Shown: positions 18,890-28,789 of the stretch, piece after piece | How positions within the stretch are numbered: position 1 is the stretch's first letter | Layout: the number at the start of each line of letters is the position of its first letter | Assembly: GCA_048270185.1 (NCBI GenBank) | Contig: JBLWTJ010000001.1 | Location: forward strand, 1,344,001-1,408,000 | Direction: 5' to 3' | Length of the DNA stretch: 64,000 nucleotides | DNA from: Bacteriovoracaceae bacterium | GTDB lineage: Bacteria; Bdellovibrionota; Bacteriovoracia; Bacteriovoracales; Bacteriovoracaceae | Made by a program: the position numbers and the translations under genes | The notes under the pieces: model-generated | Told to the model about the DNA's origin: nothing | The model's database searches: none | What the model saw: only the letters and a program-made list of their open reading frames with translations

Positions 18890-19417
18890 TTAGTTACATT
18901 TTGAAATTTTACGAGCTTCAGAGTACTCATTTGGTCCGTCAATAAAGTCGATACTAATTGTATTGGCGTTTTTCACTTTATTATTATCAAACCATTCTTC
19001 GTCATAATTTAGTACATCGTCTGAGATCATCTGAGAAAGAAGTTTATTCGCTTCGGCTACATCACCATTAAAACATGTTTCAGTAACCCTAACGTCATAC
19101 CTAATATCTGAATAATCATTGAATTCAATATCTTCAAAGTAATTTATTTTCTTTTTCCCAACTTTAGCAATGAAAGCAGCATTAAATACTTTAAGTACTT
19201 GGTATTTTTCTTGGTATTTCTTAGCCTTTTCTAGCTTTGCTTTGAAGACTTTGTCATTTCCCGCTTTCTTTGCAGTAATAGCTTCAGCTAGGATCTCAAT
19301 TGCAACTTCGATTTGTTTTGTACTTGGATCCATTGTTACCATTGTTTTTGTCGTAGCAAGTCCTGCATTAGCAATTGATGAAACAAGAATTGTTCCTAAT
19401 AGAAAAATTGTTTTCAT
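18890..19417 (-). CDS. Secreted hypothetical protein
   Basis: AGGGGA SD before ATG at 19417; signal peptide MKTIFLLG...ANA. Confidence 0.7.
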   Translation of the reverse strand: MKTIFLLGTILVSSIANAGLATTKTMVTMDPSTKQIEVAIEILAEAITAKKAGNDKVFKAKLEKAKKYQEKYQVLKVFNAAFIAKVGKKKINYFEDIEFNDYSDIRYDVRVTETCFNGDVAEANKLLSQMISDDVLNYDEEWFDNNKVKNANTISIDFIDGPNEYSEARKISKCN

Positions 19418-19493
19418 GACATCCCCTAAATGTTGAAAATAGATATTTAGATATATCAATAAAAAAAGATGATGAAACGAGAGTATGTAATTA

Positions 19494-20126
19494 TTATACT
19501 AAGTTGTTAGAAGTTATAGTATGAATGCCTGGGCCACCTTTTATAGCGGCTTCCAGCATGGCCTTGGCAATCTGTGAAGCTGGATTGACTCTCATTGATT
19601 TAGGTATCACTGGAGCTAGGACAGACAAGATACTCTTTGCAATCTCTTCCCCAAGACGGTGCTCTTTTCGATCTCCTCCAATGAGGCCAGGGCGAACAAT
19701 GGTTAATGAATTAAACCCCAACTCTTTTAATCCCTCTTCGACTTCACCTTTGATTCGATTATAAAAAATAACTGAAGTTTGACTGGCTCCCATCGCCGAG
19801 TTTAAAACATAAGTACCAACACCGTTGTCCTTTGCGAGTTGAGCAAAAGTAAGAGGGTAATCCTTATCAACTTTTACGAAAGCTTCTTTTGTTTTTGCAG
19901 TCTTTATCGTTGTTCCAAGTGCACAGATAACGGCATCCACATTCCAACTTGAGAATTGGCCAGGTGATACATGATCAAAGTCGATTATCACTGTTTCTAG
20001 TTTTGGATCTTCAACAAGTTTTCGGCGTGTAGGAGCAATTACTTTTGATATTCGTGAATCAGCAAGGGCCTGTCTTAAAACATGACTCCCAACTAAACCT
20101 GTTGCTCCCAAAAGAAGAAGCCGCAT
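19494..20126 (-). CDS. NAD(P)H-binding atypical SDR (YraR/TIP30-like)
   Basis: LLGATGLVG, CALGTT, YNRIKGEVE, RPGLIGG. Confidence 0.88.
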   Translation of the reverse strand: MRLLLLGATGLVGSHVLRQALADSRISKVIAPTRRKLVEDPKLETVIIDFDHVSPGQFSSWNVDAVICALGTTIKTAKTKEAFVKVDKDYPLTFAQLAKDNGVGTYVLNSAMGASQTSVIFYNRIKGEVEEGLKELGFNSLTIVRPGLIGGDRKEHRLGEEIAKSILSVLAPVIPKSMRVNPASQIAKAMLEAAIKGGPGIHTITSNNLV

Positions 20127-20127
20127 C

Positions 20128-20658
20128 CTATTTTTCCTTTACCCAAATAAAGCCACGAAACTCATTAAGTTTAAATCCTGTTGCCTGATCTTTGGGATAG
20201 AGAACTTTTATTTTTGAAGAAACAGGAGCCGAAACCGCTTGGCCATGACAAACTAAGCACTTTGCTTGAACGTAGAGTGGTTCTAGGTATACTCTCTTAT
20301 CATTTTTTAAGCGATGAACGATATATTTACTTGGAGCATTCTTAGGAGTCTTCCCTGAAAAATTAACTAAGTAGTTTTGCATCCATTCTTTTGGAGCATT
20401 TTCAGGATTACGAATTTTGTGTGATGTTCGCCCTACTTGATATTTTGAGAGACGATCACCCACAGCACTTTTCCCAATTGATTTAACATTAGCATGGCAA
20501 AAAGGAATGGCCTCAACGACACCGTCCTTCTTTATCTTTTCAGAGAGATTTTTAACAAGGTTTTGCTTTAAATCTTTTGTAATCCCTTGAGCGTCACTAA
20601 TGAAAGTATCAGCATATGTAATCGTTGAGAAAAAGAGAATTGAGATAAGTATTTTCAT
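20128..20658 (-). CDS. Periplasmic heme-c protein, DUF3365/Tll0287-like
   Basis: Signal peptide, RTSHKIRNPENAP, CLVCH, YPKDQATGFKLNEFRG. Confidence 0.82.
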   Translation of the reverse strand: MKILISILFFSTITYADTFISDAQGITKDLKQNLVKNLSEKIKKDGVVEAIPFCHANVKSIGKSAVGDRLSKYQVGRTSHKIRNPENAPKEWMQNYLVNFSGKTPKNAPSKYIVHRLKNDKRVYLEPLYVQAKCLVCHGQAVSAPVSSKIKVLYPKDQATGFKLNEFRGFIWVKEK

Positions 20659-20791
20659 GTATACATTATCTCCTCCTATCGAAGTTTTAGCTAGTAAAAG
20701 AATGGGTTAATTGAAACACGCAACGCGCCATTTTCTTTTTTAAATTTACAATAAAGTCTAACTAAAGTTTAATTTTATAAACTAAATTCAT

Positions 20792-20815
20792 TCAATCAAT
20801 CAATCAATCAATCAA
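20792..20815 (+). repeat. (TCAA)6 tetranucleotide microsatellite
   Basis: Six perfect TCAA units ending 10 nt before the ATG at 20826. Confidence 0.9.
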
Positions 20816-20825
20816 TGGACACTCA

Positions 20826-23645
20826 ATGATTAAAAAATTAATTATCACAATACTAGCTTTTCTTAGTATTAACACCTACGCACAAGATTTCACACAATCA
20901 CAAAGTACACCACAAGATTGGGAAACTATTGAAAATGACTTTGTTCAAGTAATTTACCCAAAAGGTCACAAAGAAAAGGCCATCTATATGGCCAACTTAA
21001 TTGAGCACTATTCTCAGTACGTTGGTCTTAGTTACGAAATAAAAAAGCCTAAGAAAGTCGCCCTCATTTTTAGGCCGGAACGCGCGGAACCGAATGGATT
21101 CGTAACTCTCGCACCGAGAAGGACTGAATGGTTTGACTCAAGTAACTTCTTTGCTCACACAGGAACTCTAGAGTGGTTAGAAATACTATCAATTCACGAG
21201 TACCGCCACGTTCTACAATACGATGCCTTCACTAAGAATACTGTGCAATTTGCTGATGCTATATTTGGAGATTTCGGAGTTCAGATTCTCTCATTTCTTG
21301 CTCGTCAACCTTGGTATATGGAAGGAGACGCAGTTTACGCGGAGACAAAGTACACAGAAGCTGGCCGTGGTATTTCATCACGCTTTCTAACTAGACTAAA
21401 GGCCATTCTACTTGCAGGAGAAACGCCTACATACGATCAATTTGTAAGCGGTTCTTACAATGACAAACTAGTTAGCCATTACCTATTCGGTTATATTTTA
21501 ATTTCATATGGTTATAAGACTTATGGAGATAATTTTTGGAATGAGGTAAATAACAATGTTTCAAGAAGGCCATATCCAAACGGTATTGTCGGTGCCATTG
21601 AAAATGTATCAGGAGTTGACTTCTATGACTTCTACTACGCTGCTTTTGAAGATATTAGAAAGAAGTGGCAAAAGGATGCTTTTCCAGAGCTAGAGAAAGA
21701 AGAGTATCAAGTTAAGACAAATGCATATAAAGTTGGAAACAATACCTATTCAATTAACTATGACCTCAATAGTCACTTCACTTTAAAAAAAGGCGACAAG
21801 AAACTCACTGACCTAGCCTATCGCGAAGACCTAACAAGACTTGACTACAGTCAAAAACATGCTGTCTTTACTCAATTTGTACCCCACTGGCGTTATGGAT
21901 TTAAAGGTTACTCAGATCTAACTCTTATTGATCTTGAGGATGGAGATAAGTCTTATATTACAAGTGGTCTAAGACTCTATAACCCTCACTTTAATAAAGA
22001 TGGTTCAAAAATTCTGGCCACTCAATTTGATGATGACAATACTTGGATACTTAATGAGTTTGATACTGCGGGTAATTCTTTAAGAATTATAAAGAATAAG
22101 AACTATCGTTTCTTAGAAGGTGTCCCTTTAAACAATAAAGAAGCGATTGCAATTGCAACTCAAAAAGGTGGAGGAAAAACAATAGTCAAAGTTAATATGG
22201 CCACAGCACAAGTTACAACACTAGTGCCACTTTCTTTTAACAACTTCTACTGGCTTCAGTCGAATTTTAAAGATAGTGTCCTCTTTGAAGGTCAGTACCA
22301 AGGTGCCATTGAAGTATTTAAATTAAACGTTAAAACAAATACTCTCTACAAATGTACAGATAGTCGAATTGCAGCATTTGCGCCAAGCTTTTCAGGTTCT
22401 GATATTACATATTCTGAAGAAACGATTAACGGAAAAAGAATTGTGACGATTCCTCAATCACAATGTCGAACACTTCCAGTAAATGATCTTGTAGCAAAGA
22501 ATAAATGGCTTGATATGAATAGCCCAAGTGATAATTACAATAATTTTAAGGTGCAAAAATTTGATGATCGTCTCCAGATGTGGACAAAGAATTCAACAAA
22601 GTACGAAGCAGAGAAGAAAGAGTATAGTGGTTATGATTGGCGTGCCTTCACGCCACACTCTTGGAATTTCTTTGTAGGTGCAGGTTATGGACTCTCTCTC
22701 ACTTCAGATAATTATCTAAGAGACTTTGGTTGGAATTTAAACCTAGGTTACGAAGCGTTGGCCAATACACCTTACTCATCTGTTAAAATCGACTTTAAAC
22801 GCTATTGGCCAGTACTTAGCCTAATCGCTGATATTAGAGAGAGAGAAGTTGATGAATTTGGAAGTATTAACGAACTTGGATGGGATCAAACTTCATATGG
22901 CCTACAAGTCGAACTCCCTTTCCTTGGTCGACAAAATCTCTATACTCTCTCTGCAGCCGTTGGATATAGTGCAGAACAAGTAATAACAAAAGACTATACA
23001 TTAAATGAAGTGGAACAATCTGGTAAGGCAGACTTTATCAAGCAAACGACATATTTAGAACTAGCAATAGCAAAAGACTTTACTGCCAGATCAATTATCT
23101 CTCCTTGGAGTGCTTCATTACTAGGGATGTATCAAGATGCTGACACAGATGATACAACAGGACTAACGAAAGACTATCGATGGTTTGGTCAATTTAAATT
23201 AACAACTCCTGGCCTATTTAGAAATAACGGTATTAAGTTTGTAGTTTCGGGAGAAAAATATGGAGATGGAAATGGTTATCGTTTTCAACCGGCTTCTGAT
23301 GAGATCGTAGGAAATACACTCTCTCGTGGTTATGAGTACTTTGCCACTCACAGATATGTTAAAACAAGTACAAATTACTTATTCCCTCTTTTTTATCCTG
23401 ATTACAATCTTAAGGCGTTTATGTACTTTAAAAGAATCTACATGAATCTCTTCTATGATAATACTGAATTCTACACAACTAAAAACTCAAAAAGCCGTCA
23501 TATCAGCAGTTATGGAACAGAATTAATTTTTAATACCGTAGTCTTTAGAGCACTACCAATCGATTTTGGTATTCGATATTCAAAGATGCATGAGATTGAT
23601 GATGATGAAGTAAAATTATTTTTAGGAACAGATCTTAGTTTTTAA
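20826..23645 (+). CDS. Large outer-membrane protein: zincin-like HExxH domain, TolB-like propeller, C-terminal beta-barrel
   Basis: Signal peptide, HEYRH followed by WYMEGDA, propeller-like repeats (YNPHF, FAPSFS), amphipathic strands and terminal Phe. Confidence 0.7.
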   Translation: MIKKLIITILAFLSINTYAQDFTQSQSTPQDWETIENDFVQVIYPKGHKEKAIYMANLIEHYSQYVGLSYEIKKPKKVALIFRPERAEPNGFVTLAPRRTEWFDSSNFFAHTGTLEWLEILSIHEYRHVLQYDAFTKNTVQFADAIFGDFGVQILSFLARQPWYMEGDAVYAETKYTEAGRGISSRFLTRLKAILLAGETPTYDQFVSGSYNDKLVSHYLFGYILISYGYKTYGDNFWNEVNNNVSRRPYPNGIVGAIENVSGVDFYDFYYAAFEDIRKKWQKDAFPELEKEEYQVKTNAYKVGNNTYSINYDLNSHFTLKKGDKKLTDLAYREDLTRLDYSQKHAVFTQFVPHWRYGFKGYSDLTLIDLEDGDKSYITSGLRLYNPHFNKDGSKILATQFDDDNTWILNEFDTAGNSLRIIKNKNYRFLEGVPLNNKEAIAIATQKGGGKTIVKVNMATAQVTTLVPLSFNNFYWLQSNFKDSVLFEGQYQGAIEVFKLNVKTNTLYKCTDSRIAAFAPSFSGSDITYSEETINGKRIVTIPQSQCRTLPVNDLVAKNKWLDMNSPSDNYNNFKVQKFDDRLQMWTKNSTKYEAEKKEYSGYDWRAFTPHSWNFFVGAGYGLSLTSDNYLRDFGWNLNLGYEALANTPYSSVKIDFKRYWPVLSLIADIREREVDEFGSINELGWDQTSYGLQVELPFLGRQNLYTLSAAVGYSAEQVITKDYTLNEVEQSGKADFIKQTTYLELAIAKDFTARSIISPWSASLLGMYQDADTDDTTGLTKDYRWFGQFKLTTPGLFRNNGIKFVVSGEKYGDGNGYRFQPASDEIVGNTLSRGYEYFATHRYVKTSTNYLFPLFYPDYNLKAFMYFKRIYMNLFYDNTEFYTTKNSKSRHISSYGTELIFNTVVFRALPIDFGIRYSKMHEIDDDEVKLFLGTDLSF

Positions 23646-23652
23646 AATATTG

Positions 23653-23677
23653 GGCCCGCACTTAGCGGGCCTTTTTT
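23653..23677 (+). terminator. Intrinsic terminator
   Basis: GGCCCGC-ACTTA-GCGGGCC-TTTTTT. Confidence 0.85.
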
Positions 23678-23681
23678 AAAA

Positions 23682-25523
23682 CTAATCTTCTGATAAGTAC
23701 TCTGTTCCAAGGTGAGAAAAACTCGTCCACGGAAAGATATCAGAAACGACTTCTTTAACGCTTGAGTTAATATCACCAGTATCTTCAATGAGAATCTGTG
23801 TATTCTTAAGTTCTGTAAAAATATTCTCAACAGCTGATGAGACAATGCCAAAAACAGAGAGACTCTTGCGATTAAAAGTCATCGAACTATTTAGTGCTTT
23901 AAAATGCTCTTTAAAGTCACATACGTAAACACAATTACTCTCAACAGAATCACCAGGACTATAAACTTTAAGGTTTGAAATTTCTTTAAACTCTTCACTA
24001 ATCATATCAAGAAAATTTCCGTTTCCTTCAAAGAAGATAAACGCTGGAGGTTGATCACCTCTAAGCTCTTTAAGAGTTGCAATAATTTTCTTCTTATCAC
24101 TAAAACTACCAACAAAGTAGCGAGCTTTATTTTGAACGTTTTTAATATCAAAGCTCTTTTGAAATGAACGATCAATTGAAGGTGTAACCGGCTTCGCATT
24201 TAGGAAGGCCATTTTAATCTTGTTCTTAATCTCTTCTGAGCGTTCAGCTAAATTATTTAGAGCTGGCTTTTCAACAAAGTCACATGCTCCATTATTTAGA
24301 GTTTCCTGTGCATATCTTGTGTCCTCACGACTAGCACTTGAAACAACAATAACGTGTGGGTGGCCCATACGATAATTCTTTTTGAGATATTCAACACCAT
24401 CCATCTCTGGCATGTGAATATCTAAAGTCATAGCATCGACTTTATTAGTCTTTAAAAACTCCATGGCCTCAAGGCCATTTGTTGCAGTTCCTACAAGTTC
24501 AAAGTCTTCATCTTTCTCAAATATCTTAGATAAGAGCTTCACAACACTGGAACTATCATCAACAACAAGCATACGAATTGGCTTTGGAATAGTTGGCATT
24601 GCAAAAACTGGTCTTGATGTTACTGTTGGCCTAGCAATTTCAAGTGCAGGCTTAGCAGCAGCTCTTGCAGGATCAAAACAGTAAACACTTGGCGATAGAG
24701 TTTGCTTTTCAACTTTTAAAGATTTTAGTGACTCACTAATACCCGTAAAGAAAAGTGCATTCTTATGAAGATATTTTTTGAAGTTTGTTACAATTTTTTC
24801 AATACTCGCTTGATCAAAGTAGATAAAAACATTTCGACAAAAGATAATATCAAATTTCTTACCATGGACTAAGTATCTTTCTGGGTGAAGAAGGTTCATT
24901 ACACCAAATTCACAATTCTCTTTTATATTGGTATTAACTTTGGCAAACTTAGAAATCTCACCAGAACCTCTAAGCCAATTTCCCGTTAAATAAATTGTTG
25001 GAATGGTCTTAATTTGACTATAGCGATAGACACCATTTCTTGCTACTTTCACACTTTCTGGATCAATATCTGTTCCAACGATTTCATATTTCATTCCTGG
25101 ATAATTCTTTAGGTGATGATCAAAGAACATAGCTAGAGAATAAACTTCTTGCCCTCGGCTACAAGCGGCTGAAAGAACTCTTATAGTTGAATCACCACGA
25201 GCACGAGTATTTTCAACAATACTATCGAGGTTACGTAAAAGATATTCAAAATGAGTGAACTCTCTAAAGAAGAAAGTATGGTGAGTTGTTAACATGGAAA
25301 TAAGTTGTGAAGATTCTTTCTCATAATTCTTCGTTAAGTATTCAAAGTAAGCTTCAGGAGACAGTCCACCTAGAGTCATCAATCTTCTTTTAAGTCGACT
25401 CACAACCATTGACTGTTGAGCATCACCAAGGACATTTCCACTCTCCTTAGCAACTAATTCCGAAACGTAATTAGCTAGGCTCACAATATTCCAATCATTA
25501 CTCTGCTTTAAAACTCCACTCAC
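23682..25523 (-). CDS. CheR methyltransferase fused to a CheB-type receiver domain and a degenerate CheB-like C-terminus
   Basis: TTHHTFFFRE, SAACSRGQEVYS, GTDID, DIIFCRNVFIYF; then LVVDDS, TLDIHMPEMDG, GACDFVEKP; GTG start. Confidence 0.85.
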   Translation of the reverse strand: MSGVLKQSNDWNIVSLANYVSELVAKESGNVLGDAQQSMVVSRLKRRLMTLGGLSPEAYFEYLTKNYEKESSQLISMLTTHHTFFFREFTHFEYLLRNLDSIVENTRARGDSTIRVLSAACSRGQEVYSLAMFFDHHLKNYPGMKYEIVGTDIDPESVKVARNGVYRYSQIKTIPTIYLTGNWLRGSGEISKFAKVNTNIKENCEFGVMNLLHPERYLVHGKKFDIIFCRNVFIYFDQASIEKIVTNFKKYLHKNALFFTGISESLKSLKVEKQTLSPSVYCFDPARAAAKPALEIARPTVTSRPVFAMPTIPKPIRMLVVDDSSSVVKLLSKIFEKDEDFELVGTATNGLEAMEFLKTNKVDAMTLDIHMPEMDGVEYLKKNYRMGHPHVIVVSSASREDTRYAQETLNNGACDFVEKPALNNLAERSEEIKNKIKMAFLNAKPVTPSIDRSFQKSFDIKNVQNKARYFVGSFSDKKKIIATLKELRGDQPPAFIFFEGNGNFLDMISEEFKEISNLKVYSPGDSVESNCVYVCDFKEHFKALNSSMTFNRKSLSVFGIVSSAVENIFTELKNTQILIEDTGDINSSVKEVVSDIFPWTSFSHLGTEYLSED

Positions 25524-25580
25524 AAATGGCCCCCAAAATCCTCTTTAAAATCGTGACTATTACGATAGTAACAGTAGTCC

Positions 25581-25608
25581 CTTTCGGTCGACAGAAGTAA
25601 AGTCTTTA
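25581..25608 (-). promoter_or_regulatory. Sigma28-like promoter of the cheR-cheB fusion
   Basis: Minus strand TAAA-N16-ACCGAAAG. Confidence 0.6.
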
Positions 25609-25709
25609 CAATATTCTCAATTACTTAGGTAGTTTTTTTGAAGTTAAAAGAAAGTTACTTGAGTTTGTTTATTTAAGTATTAGAAACCTCGTAAAAAGTG
25701 ATAGAAAAT

Positions 25710-26603
25710 TTAATTACAGGACGGATACTTCTTTTTTATCGTAGCTATTACTTGAGCTTTTTTCCCACCCATTATCGTCTTTCCGGTTTTAGAATCTTTT
25801 ATTGGATACGGTTCTCTTAAAACTGACCAATACGCCGCCGCTCCTTTCTTTTCACTACAGGAAATACATCCATCACGATGAGTAAGTTGGTCGATAATCG
25901 CAAATCCACAGGCCAAATTCTTTCTTGGAATAAATAAGTCCTTTGGATGCTCTTTTCTAATTGGACAACCTCTTTTTACATAAGCCGCTTGAGTTGCAGA
26001 CCCAATCGAGAGCTGGAGCATGCCTTTTGAAACGACACCCTTTAAACTTTTAGAAGTTCGACTTTCATCGTAGACTGTCGCTGATTTAAAATTCGATTCA
26101 TACTTTGCCATCGATGTCACCAAATGGGCCCAGAACTTTCTCTTACCCTTATTGTCCAGTTTTTCATATTTTGGACAAAAGGTTTTAATGTCTTTAGGAG
26201 CCTTCTTTAGAAAAAGTGCACCTTGAAAATCTTTCTCCATAATATCCAAATTAAGGGCCAGAGTTTCATCATAATTTTTAGGGTTCTCTCCAACAGCAAC
26301 TTCTTTAGCAGGGTCAGCTTTTACAATTTTTTTAGGTGGTAAAACGTCATTTAAAAATTCAAACTCTTCTTCATCCAATTTATTTCCTAAACCTCTTTCA
26401 AACTTTGAAACACGTTTCTTAGTTCTAGTATCAACGCAATCCCCTGTTGGAGACTGAGTTGCTTCACTCAATGCCTGTGGAACCTTAGGAATCATATCAA
26501 CAGTATTTTTAAAATCTTCAAAGGGAATATACATTAGACTTGCCATTGCGAATGTCGAAAGATTGAAAATAGCTAATATAGATATAATAAGAACTTTAAA
26601 CAT
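25710..26603 (-). CDS. Secreted lytic transglycosylase/lysozyme-like protein
   Basis: Signal peptide; CPKY..L....RKFW...MAKYESNF, GMLQLS, NLACG, YWSVLR. Confidence 0.7.
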   Translation of the reverse strand: MFKVLIISILAIFNLSTFAMASLMYIPFEDFKNTVDMIPKVPQALSEATQSPTGDCVDTRTKKRVSKFERGLGNKLDEEEFEFLNDVLPPKKIVKADPAKEVAVGENPKNYDETLALNLDIMEKDFQGALFLKKAPKDIKTFCPKYEKLDNKGKRKFWAHLVTSMAKYESNFKSATVYDESRTSKSLKGVVSKGMLQLSIGSATQAAYVKRGCPIRKEHPKDLFIPRKNLACGFAIIDQLTHRDGCISCSEKKGAAAYWSVLREPYPIKDSKTGKTIMGGKKAQVIATIKKKYPSCN

Positions 26604-26723
26604 CTGATGTGTCCCCCACAAATATCCATAAAATATATTAACACCCAACAATATCACCTAAATGGGAAATATTTAAACTAAACATATTTACAAGGACTTA
26701 CCGAAGAAATTTCTTATTTTTTG

Positions 26724-26750
26724 AAAAAAAAAAGCCCTCAAAAAGAGGGC
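26724..26750 (-). terminator. Intrinsic terminator of the M48 peptidase gene
   Basis: A10-GCCCTC-AAAAA-GAGGGC. Confidence 0.75.
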
Positions 26751-26778
26751 ACTTTGAAGTCATATTTGAATTTAGATC

Positions 26779-28161
26779 TTATCTTTCATCTAATTTATGC
26801 TCAAGCTTAAGCTTTTGTCTGATTGTCTTTTTGATACTTTCATTAACAGTTAAGCTCATACTTGAAATAAGTCTACGAACCATATAAGAAGGCATTGGCT
26901 CGAGATTGGCCATATTATCTTTAGCTGTTTGATACTCATCACTTGTTACAACAGCACTCTCATTATATGGAATATAATTGAATACTAATTCTTCAATCTT
27001 CTCAACTCTTGTCGAAGGACGAGGGTGAGTTGAATTTAGCAGTTCAACAAAATTTTCATTTCTTTCAGGCATCTGTGCAAAGAACTTAGAAAGACCATAT
27101 GGAGAATAACCAGCGGCATAAGCATATTGAACACCAAGCTTATCTGCTTCAAGCTCTTGTAGACGGCTAAATCCCATTAGTGGAATATCTTCAATTTTGT
27201 CGTAGATATAATATGCTGCTGCTCCACCAAGGATACCAAAGTTTGCCCACACAAGCCCTGCACCAATATACTTAGTAGCAATTGATTTAAGACTTCTAGT
27301 TACTGACTCAGTACCATGTCTTTCTGTTACGTGTGACCACTCATGCCCTAGAACACCAGCTAGCTCTGCTTCAGTTTCAAGAGATTCAATTAGACCTCTA
27401 AAGACAAAAACATATCCACCTGGAAGTGCAAATGCATTCTCAATTGGAGCGTTTACAAAGTAAACCTTAGGTTCAATATCTGGTGAATCTGAAGCTTTGG
27501 CAATTTTAACAAGCATTGATTGTAGGTGCTCTGCCATCTCTCCATCTGCATAAATATAATCACGCATTGAAGCGATTAGATCTTCAGCAGCCGACTTACC
27601 TAAAGAAACATCAGTCTTATACTTGAAGAAGTTCTTTCCAAAACCGTTCTTTAAACGACGATCACCAATTTTTGAATAATTCTTTGATTTACCAACAAGT
27701 TTACAAGAAGATAAACTCTTAAACTTCGACATATCGATGATTAACTCACTTCCATTAACTTTGAAATCAACTGTATTTGTACAGCTAGTAAGTTTAAACT
27801 TCTTACCTTGTAATTTAACAGAACCAATTTTCTTTACATCATACGTTTGAGCTTTCTTATTAACGTTTTCAAGCTCAAAACTCATGTTGATTTCTGTAGC
27901 TGCTAAGTCATTAGCACTATTTGCATAAAAATCTTTTGCGTGATTGTATTCAAGATTGAATTTAACTTTTGATGGATACACTGGCTTAATATCAAAGCTT
28001 TCACCTGAAGTTCCAGATAACTTTAATACCGATTTATTAACCTTAATTTGTCCCGTGATAGCATCATCATTTAGACTGTGGACAAATTTAACTTTTGATA
28101 TTTTTTCTACATCACAAGATACTAGTAAACCTAGCATTAGTAGAAAGCTTAAACTCTTCAT
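26779..28161 (-). CDS. M48 family metallopeptidase lipoprotein (BepA/LoiP-like)
   Basis: Lipobox LLVSC; NAFALPGG, LGHEWSH, FSRLQELEAD, STHP. Confidence 0.88.
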   Translation of the reverse strand: MKSLSFLLMLGLLVSCDVEKISKVKFVHSLNDDAITGQIKVNKSVLKLSGTSGESFDIKPVYPSKVKFNLEYNHAKDFYANSANDLAATEINMSFELENVNKKAQTYDVKKIGSVKLQGKKFKLTSCTNTVDFKVNGSELIIDMSKFKSLSSCKLVGKSKNYSKIGDRRLKNGFGKNFFKYKTDVSLGKSAAEDLIASMRDYIYADGEMAEHLQSMLVKIAKASDSPDIEPKVYFVNAPIENAFALPGGYVFVFRGLIESLETEAELAGVLGHEWSHVTERHGTESVTRSLKSIATKYIGAGLVWANFGILGGAAAYYIYDKIEDIPLMGFSRLQELEADKLGVQYAYAAGYSPYGLSKFFAQMPERNENFVELLNSTHPRPSTRVEKIEELVFNYIPYNESAVVTSDEYQTAKDNMANLEPMPSYMVRRLISSMSLTVNESIKKTIRQKLKLEHKLDER

Positions 28162-28324
28162 AATTCTTCTCCTTCTCTTTAATCCTTTTCTACTACCCCG
28201 AAGCCAAATTGGTGTCTATGAATGTGTAATAACGACATAGTAATAAGTGGCAAGGCTGTCCTATCGAGTAAATTTTATCGATATAAATGGTATAATCAGT
28301 GGTGAGATGAATGAGGTAACAGAT

Positions 28325-28789
28325 ATGTTTAAAAGAACTCTAAGTAACTATAAATACATTATTATATTATGTGCTACATTAACCATGGCCCAAGAAAGGC
28401 GTGATTTTCTGGCCACGGCCTTTCAAAAGAAGGGAGAATACAAAACTGTAGCAAAGAACTCAGACTTTTGTTTTGATGGCGAGCTCACATTTCTTAATTC
28501 GGGTAATAAGAACGATGGACTAAGACTTGGTCAGAGAATTTTCTTCGGTCCATTTACTAAAGAAGCAAAGATTCTAAAAGAGTCAAATGGTTGCACTTAT
28601 TCAAAAAGTTTCACTTACACAAATAATTCTGTTGTCCAAACTTCAAGTGTCAAAGGTTGTCCAAAGAAAGAAAGAACAAAAGATAGTATAGCCACTCAGT
28701 CTCTTACTTTTACTAAAAGTGGATTAATCTATATATCGAAAGAATCGAAGATCAAGTGTACATATGAGAAAGTAAAAGGAGGGCAATAA
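28325..28789 (+). CDS. Secreted Cys-containing hypothetical protein
   Basis: GAGGT SD before ATG at 28325; stop overlaps the next start. Confidence 0.65.
   Translation: MFKRTLSNYKYIIILCATLTMAQERRDFLATAFQKKGEYKTVAKNSDFCFDGELTFLNSGNKNDGLRLGQRIFFGPFTKEAKILKESNGCTYSKSFTYTNNSVVQTSSVKGCPKKERTKDSIATQSLTFTKSGLIYISKESKIKCTYEKVKGGQ

Noticed and set aside
18751..18942. 63-aa minus-strand ORF across the hairpin region
   Set aside because: Overlaps the 18890 gene out of frame and runs through GC-rich repeats; likely spurious.
18597..23645. Integrative element or prophage at tRNA-Gly
   Set aside because: No integrase, transposase or phage gene; the tRNA 3'-end duplicates are adjacent rather than flanking cargo.
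26679..26707. Additional sigma28-like motif on the plus strand
   Set aside because: Spacer is 17 nt and it points into a terminator and the antisense strand of the M48 gene, with no downstream gene.
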